A stretch of DNA of 11,696 bases, taken from the IMG/VR virus record IMGVR_UViG_2617270952_000003, one strand, 5' to 3'. Shown here in pieces: positions 8,575 through 11,696 of this stretch. How positions within the stretch are numbered: the first letter of the stretch is position 1; each line of letters begins with the position of its first letter. The stretch comes from a virus (taxonomy: Duplodnaviria; Heunggongvirae; Uroviricota; Caudoviricetes). The notes beneath the pieces were generated by a model that had not been told where the DNA came from, searched no databases, and worked only from the letters and a program-made list of their open reading frames with translations. Position numbers and translations under genes: made by a program.

Positions 8575-9687
8575 ATGTTGATTAATATCGAAAATGCGAC
8601 ACCTGAGAAGGTGCTAAATAACTCATTTGCCATAGCGGTTGAAAATATACTTCGGGCATTCGCTGAACAAAAACACTTGGTTATAGGGGCAAGGGTTTTT
8701 TTTAAAACTATTATCAATGATCAAAGCGGGCTTTATAGCCTTTCATCAAAAAGTTACGCGCAAGAGGCTTTGTCGGGTCTAACAGAGTACTATGCTATCT
8801 TGGATCAGGTCTCATTTTATGTATCTGTCGACTTTAATATTAGTGATAAATCATTTAAATGGGTTCAGATCGGTGAATCTTTTAAATTTGTTTGTGGTCC
8901 ATTGTATTTTAATGACTCGGCACAATTGCAAAAAACGAAAATAGTATGTGAAAATCCTTTGGATTCTGATTTTTTTAAGGTTATAGCGGCTCATTATGCC
9001 GAAGGTATTAACTTATCTCGCTGCGAAATGGGTTTTATCGCTCTAAATGGCGGTGGGGGCAGTACTAAGGATATATTCGAGCGTGCAATTCAAAATAATG
9101 AGATAGTTTTTTGTATTGTGGATAATGACAAAAAACATCCTGGAGCCCCATTCGGAGGTACTTGCTCACATTTTTTGGGCTCACAAATTACTCGCTCAGG
9201 TTTCGTGGAGATTTTAGATGTACATGAAATAGAATCTCTAGTTCCTTTATCGACAATTGAAGATGTATTAAGAAGTCAAAGTCAATTGCAACAAAAAGAA
9301 AAATCTCTCATTTTCTTTAAGCATCTTTGCTCCGTAGATGAATCAGTAAAATTTTATATTGACCATAAAAAAGGTTTTGATTTTAAAACAGCCCTTGAAC
9401 TCGATCGAAAACATGGTGCATATTGGCGTCCGATATTAAAGAAGCTTGATATAAAATATGATTGTGAGTATATCGAATCAAAACGTTGTAGCTGCAACGC
9501 TGCTTGTGTAAGTTATGATGGTTTTGGAGAGAATTTGCTCAGCAATACATTGAAATATATACAAAAGGGAAGTTTAAAAAAATATAATCCTCACCTAACA
9601 CCAGTGCTTTCTGATAAATGGTATAAGTTAGGTAAGAATTTCTTTAGTTGGAGTTGTGGTCCATATAAAAAAGCAAGGGTTGGTTAA
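8575..9687 (+). CDS. TOPRIM-like (DUF4435-like) putative nuclease partner of the ATPase (370 aa)
   Basis: Start is 2 nt after the ATPase stop, suggesting translational coupling. TOPRIM-like motif 1 IVCENPLDSD (Glu at residue 126, nt 8950-8952) and DxD motif CIVDNDKK (nt 9121-9129) about 57 residues later. Gly-rich loop NGGGGS between them. C-terminal Cys cluster CEYIESKRCSCNAAC. The assignment is from motifs only. Confidence 0.55.
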   Translation: MLINIENATPEKVLNNSFAIAVENILRAFAEQKHLVIGARVFFKTIINDQSGLYSLSSKSYAQEALSGLTEYYAILDQVSFYVSVDFNISDKSFKWVQIGESFKFVCGPLYFNDSAQLQKTKIVCENPLDSDFFKVIAAHYAEGINLSRCEMGFIALNGGGGSTKDIFERAIQNNEIVFCIVDNDKKHPGAPFGGTCSHFLGSQITRSGFVEILDVHEIESLVPLSTIEDVLRSQSQLQQKEKSLIFFKHLCSVDESVKFYIDHKKGFDFKTALELDRKHGAYWRPILKKLDIKYDCEYIESKRCSCNAACVSYDGFGENLLSNTLKYIQKGSLKKYNPHLTPVLSDKWYKLGKNFFSWSCGPYKKARVG

Positions 9688-9690
9688 ATT

Positions 9691-9727
9691 ATCACAGCCC
9701 CGATAAAGTGGGCTGTGATGTTATTAT
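9691..9727 (+). terminator. Rho-independent terminator of the cargo operon
   Basis: Inverted repeat ATCACAGCCC / GGGCTGTGAT (9691-9700 and 9710-9719) with a 9-nt loop, followed by a T-rich run (GTTATTATCTG), just after the partner gene stop. Confidence 0.5.
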
Positions 9728-9782
9728 CTGTGGTTCTTGAGTTACAGGGCTGAATATAATGTTGAGATGTTTATTTTGAAAA

Positions 9783-10232
9783 TCAAAGTGAATATTTTTT
9801 AAATCTTATAACTTCCATTTCTAACCAGTTGTTTAGTTCTTTGAACCGTTCCTGTAAAGGAGTTAACTCATTTCGGACAAACACTTGTGCAGCTTTTACA
9901 ACATCACCAAAACCGCCAACATTGTTAGGCATAATTCCCATCATTTGTGGTGGTACCCTATGAGCACTCAACAAATCTTCTGCACTAACCTTTTTGATAT
10001 TGAAAAAATCATCTTTCGTGGCGACTTCACTCAACGGCACAATCTTGATGCCATCCGGTTTGCCGTTGGGCGCGTAGAAAAACAAGTTTTTGAAATTCCC
10101 GAGTCCTTTCGAGTCACGCATCGCGTTGCGGAGCGACTCGACGTCGGTACACAGCCTCAACGGGAGCGGCTTCACGACGGGCTTAGAGCTTGAGGTTAAG
10201 GTTTCTGATGTGGAGTATGAAAGCGAGGAAGT
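9783..10232 (-). pseudogene. Q: Portal protein gene fragment (3' portion only), P2 Q-like, truncated
   Basis: Minus-strand frame encodes ...LLSAHRVPPQMMGIMPNNVGGFGDVVKAAQVFVRNELTPLQERF..., which looks like the conserved C-terminal region of PBSX/P2-family portals. Only about 130-150 codons remain (P2 Q is about 344 aa). The frame is closed by a stop at 10233-10235 and ogr occupies the upstream space. Confidence 0.6.
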
Positions 10233-10316
10233 TTAACGGCGTGTGTTGTTTATGTGTTTGTTTTATAAGTAAAAATTAGTAAAATTAACACATTGAATAC
10301 GCCGGAGACCCTCATC

Positions 10317-10538
10317 ATGTTTCATTGTCCGAAATGCCATCATGCCGCCCACGCCCGCACGAGTCGCTATTTTACTGATACCACAAAAGAGCGGTATCAC
10401 CAGTGCACAAACATTAACTGCAGCTGCACGTTTGTGACCACTGAAACAGTCGAGCGTTTTATCGTGTCGCCGGGGGAAGTAGTACCCGCGCCGCCGCATC
10501 CGACATCATCAGGTCAGCAACAAATTCACTGGATGTGA
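10317..10538 (+). CDS. ogr: Ogr-family zinc-finger late-gene transcriptional activator (73 aa)
   Basis: MFHCPKCHHAAHARTSRYFTDTTKERYHQCTNINCSCTF carries the C-x2-C...C-x4-C zinc-finger signature of P2 Ogr / P4 Delta. GGAGA ribosome-binding site 8 nt upstream. Confidence 0.9.
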   Translation: MFHCPKCHHAAHARTSRYFTDTTKERYHQCTNINCSCTFVTTETVERFIVSPGEVVPAPPHPTSSGQQQIHWM

Positions 10539-10546
10539 CAAACGAG

Positions 10547-10572
10547 AAAGCCCCGCGAATGCGGGGCTTTTT
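10547..10572 (+). terminator. Rho-independent terminator downstream of ogr
   Basis: AAAGCCCCGC-GAAT-GCGGGGCTTT hairpin with a GC-rich stem, followed by TTTTT. Confidence 0.8.
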
Positions 10573-10844
10573 GCAACTTTTAGATCAGTTATGTTAAGTA
10601 CATTTCCGTCGGCAAAGTGCCAGGAGCGGGTTCTAGAGAGTGACTAACGTTAGTTATATGTGTAAAATTCCTTAAAAATAAGAAGGATATATATCCATGA
10701 CAGCAATTGCATATTGGATTAACTGAGAATCAATTGAGAAATTTTGGGGGGGGCAAAAAATAAACTAGCTAATTAAATTTTTATAAATAACGAATATAAG
10801 ACTGCAAGCCATTTAACAAAAGTTTATAAATAAAGGAGTCAGTT

Positions 10845-11696
10845 TTGAACAATATCCCCATATCTACTCAATGGACTTTAGACGCTACGGGTGAAGTTGG
10901 ACGCTCATCAGTAAATTCTGTTTATATGATTATATGTCCTGCGACAGGCTCGAAAGGATCTGGTTTTTTAATAGATAATGGGTTAATAGTAACGAACGAG
11001 CATGTTATCACTGGATGCTCTACAAATCAGATTTTCGCAATTTCAGCTTATGGACAGAAGATTCCAATTTCTCAAAAATGGATAGATTCTGATCGCGATT
11101 TAGCTGTGCTGAGACCTGCCATTACCCAGACTGGTGGGCTAAGTATTGTTAAGGATAATGATCTTAAAGTTGGTGAATCAGTAACAACTTGGGGATACCC
11201 ATTAGGATACAACGGTCCTGCACCGTTACTATCCGTTGGTTATCTAGCAGGATTTAACTCATACCAAACCGCCAAGGGACAAAAAAAACATCTAGTGGTA
11301 AATGGGGCATTTAACTCAGGAAATTCTGGTGGAGCTCTTTTAAAAGCTTCAGATAATAAAGTAATAGGTATTGTAGTGAGTAAGCATGCTCCTATCAGTC
11401 AATACCATCAATCAGCTATTGAAGCTTTGTCTGAAAATATGAGTGGCGTCACCTATACCGCTACTAATGACGCTGGAGAAACTAAAAGTTTTGTAGAATC
11501 TCAAATTGTAGCAGAATTATTGATTCATATGAGAAGTCTAACTCAAGTTATGATTGGAGAAGCAATTGCAGCAGAGGAATTACTTTCGATGCTTAGCGAA
11601 ATTGACTTGAGTCCACCACAATCTATGTCAAGAAATGCCTTATGTCATTGCGGGAGTGGAAAACGCTTCAAAGAATGTCATGGAAAGATATCCTAG
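10845..11696 (+). CDS. Trypsin-like (S1/Trypsin_2) serine protease with C-terminal SEC-C zinc-binding motif (283 aa)
   Basis: Catalytic triad contexts TNEHV (His), DRDLAVL (Asp) and GNSGGAL (Ser). C-terminal CHCGSGKRFKECHG is a SEC-C motif. TTG start with AAGGAG 7 nt upstream. AT-rich. The ORF ends exactly at the window edge (TAG at 11694-11696). Confidence 0.7.
   Translation: MNNIPISTQWTLDATGEVGRSSVNSVYMIICPATGSKGSGFLIDNGLIVTNEHVITGCSTNQIFAISAYGQKIPISQKWIDSDRDLAVLRPAITQTGGLSIVKDNDLKVGESVTTWGYPLGYNGPAPLLSVGYLAGFNSYQTAKGQKKHLVVNGAFNSGNSGGALLKASDNKVIGIVVSKHAPISQYHQSAIEALSENMSGVTYTATNDAGETKSFVESQIVAELLIHMRSLTQVMIGEAIAAEELLSMLSEIDLSPPQSMSRNALCHCGSGKRFKECHGKIS

Larger units (their letters stand above)
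478..10700. mobile_element. Defective P2-like prophage remnant (int-C-cox-B-A-cos-cargo-Q fragment-ogr) lacking the structural module
   Basis: Gene order and orientation follow the P2 prophage map. The left boundary is the att core match at 478-504. The right boundary is approximate: somewhere after the ogr terminator, with no clean second core copy found. Confidence 0.65.

Noticed and set aside
7372-8717. Minus-strand ORFs 7372-7587 and 8502-8717 inside the cargo operon
   Set aside because: Antisense to the ATPase and partner genes, with low-complexity translations. Shadow ORFs.
6944-9687. Cargo interpreted as a frameshifted or split P2 old gene
   Set aside because: Both ORFs are complete, with a proper stop and restart 2 nt apart. 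Together they are far longer than Old (about 586 aa), and the partner has large extra regions. Old-family ancestry of the ATPase domain is still likely.
9885-10499. ORFs 9885-10193 (+) and 10263-10499 (-)
   Set aside because: Antisense to the portal fragment and to ogr respectively. The ogr frame carries a clear zinc-finger signature, so the antisense ORF is rejected.
1-11696. Search for CRISPR arrays, tRNA/tmRNA genes and IS elements
   Set aside because: No regularly spaced direct repeats, no tRNA-like cloverleaf candidates near the att core, and no transposase-like ORFs or terminal inverted repeats were seen.

Overview
The window holds a reduced P2-like (Peduovirus-type) prophage, roughly 478 to 10700, sitting between an AT-rich host lipoprotein gene on the left and an AT-rich trypsin-like protease gene on the right. 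The early and replication module is intact in the P2 prophage gene order: int and C on the minus strand, then cox, small early ORFs, B, the rolling-circle initiator A and a DUF3850-like ORF on the plus strand. A cos-like site follows, then a visibly AT-rich two-gene cargo operon, a 3' fragment of the portal gene Q on the minus strand, and ogr with a strong terminator. The whole morphogenetic module between Q and ogr is missing, so this is a defective remnant. The cargo is the main finding: an OLD/AAA_21-type ABC ATPase translationally coupled to a 370-aa protein with TOPRIM-like motifs. This ATPase plus TOPRIM pairing resembles PARIS-type anti-phage systems, but the partner has long extra N- and C-terminal regions, so it may be a divergent or undescribed variant. 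All calls rest on reading the sequence and recalled family knowledge; no database search was run.
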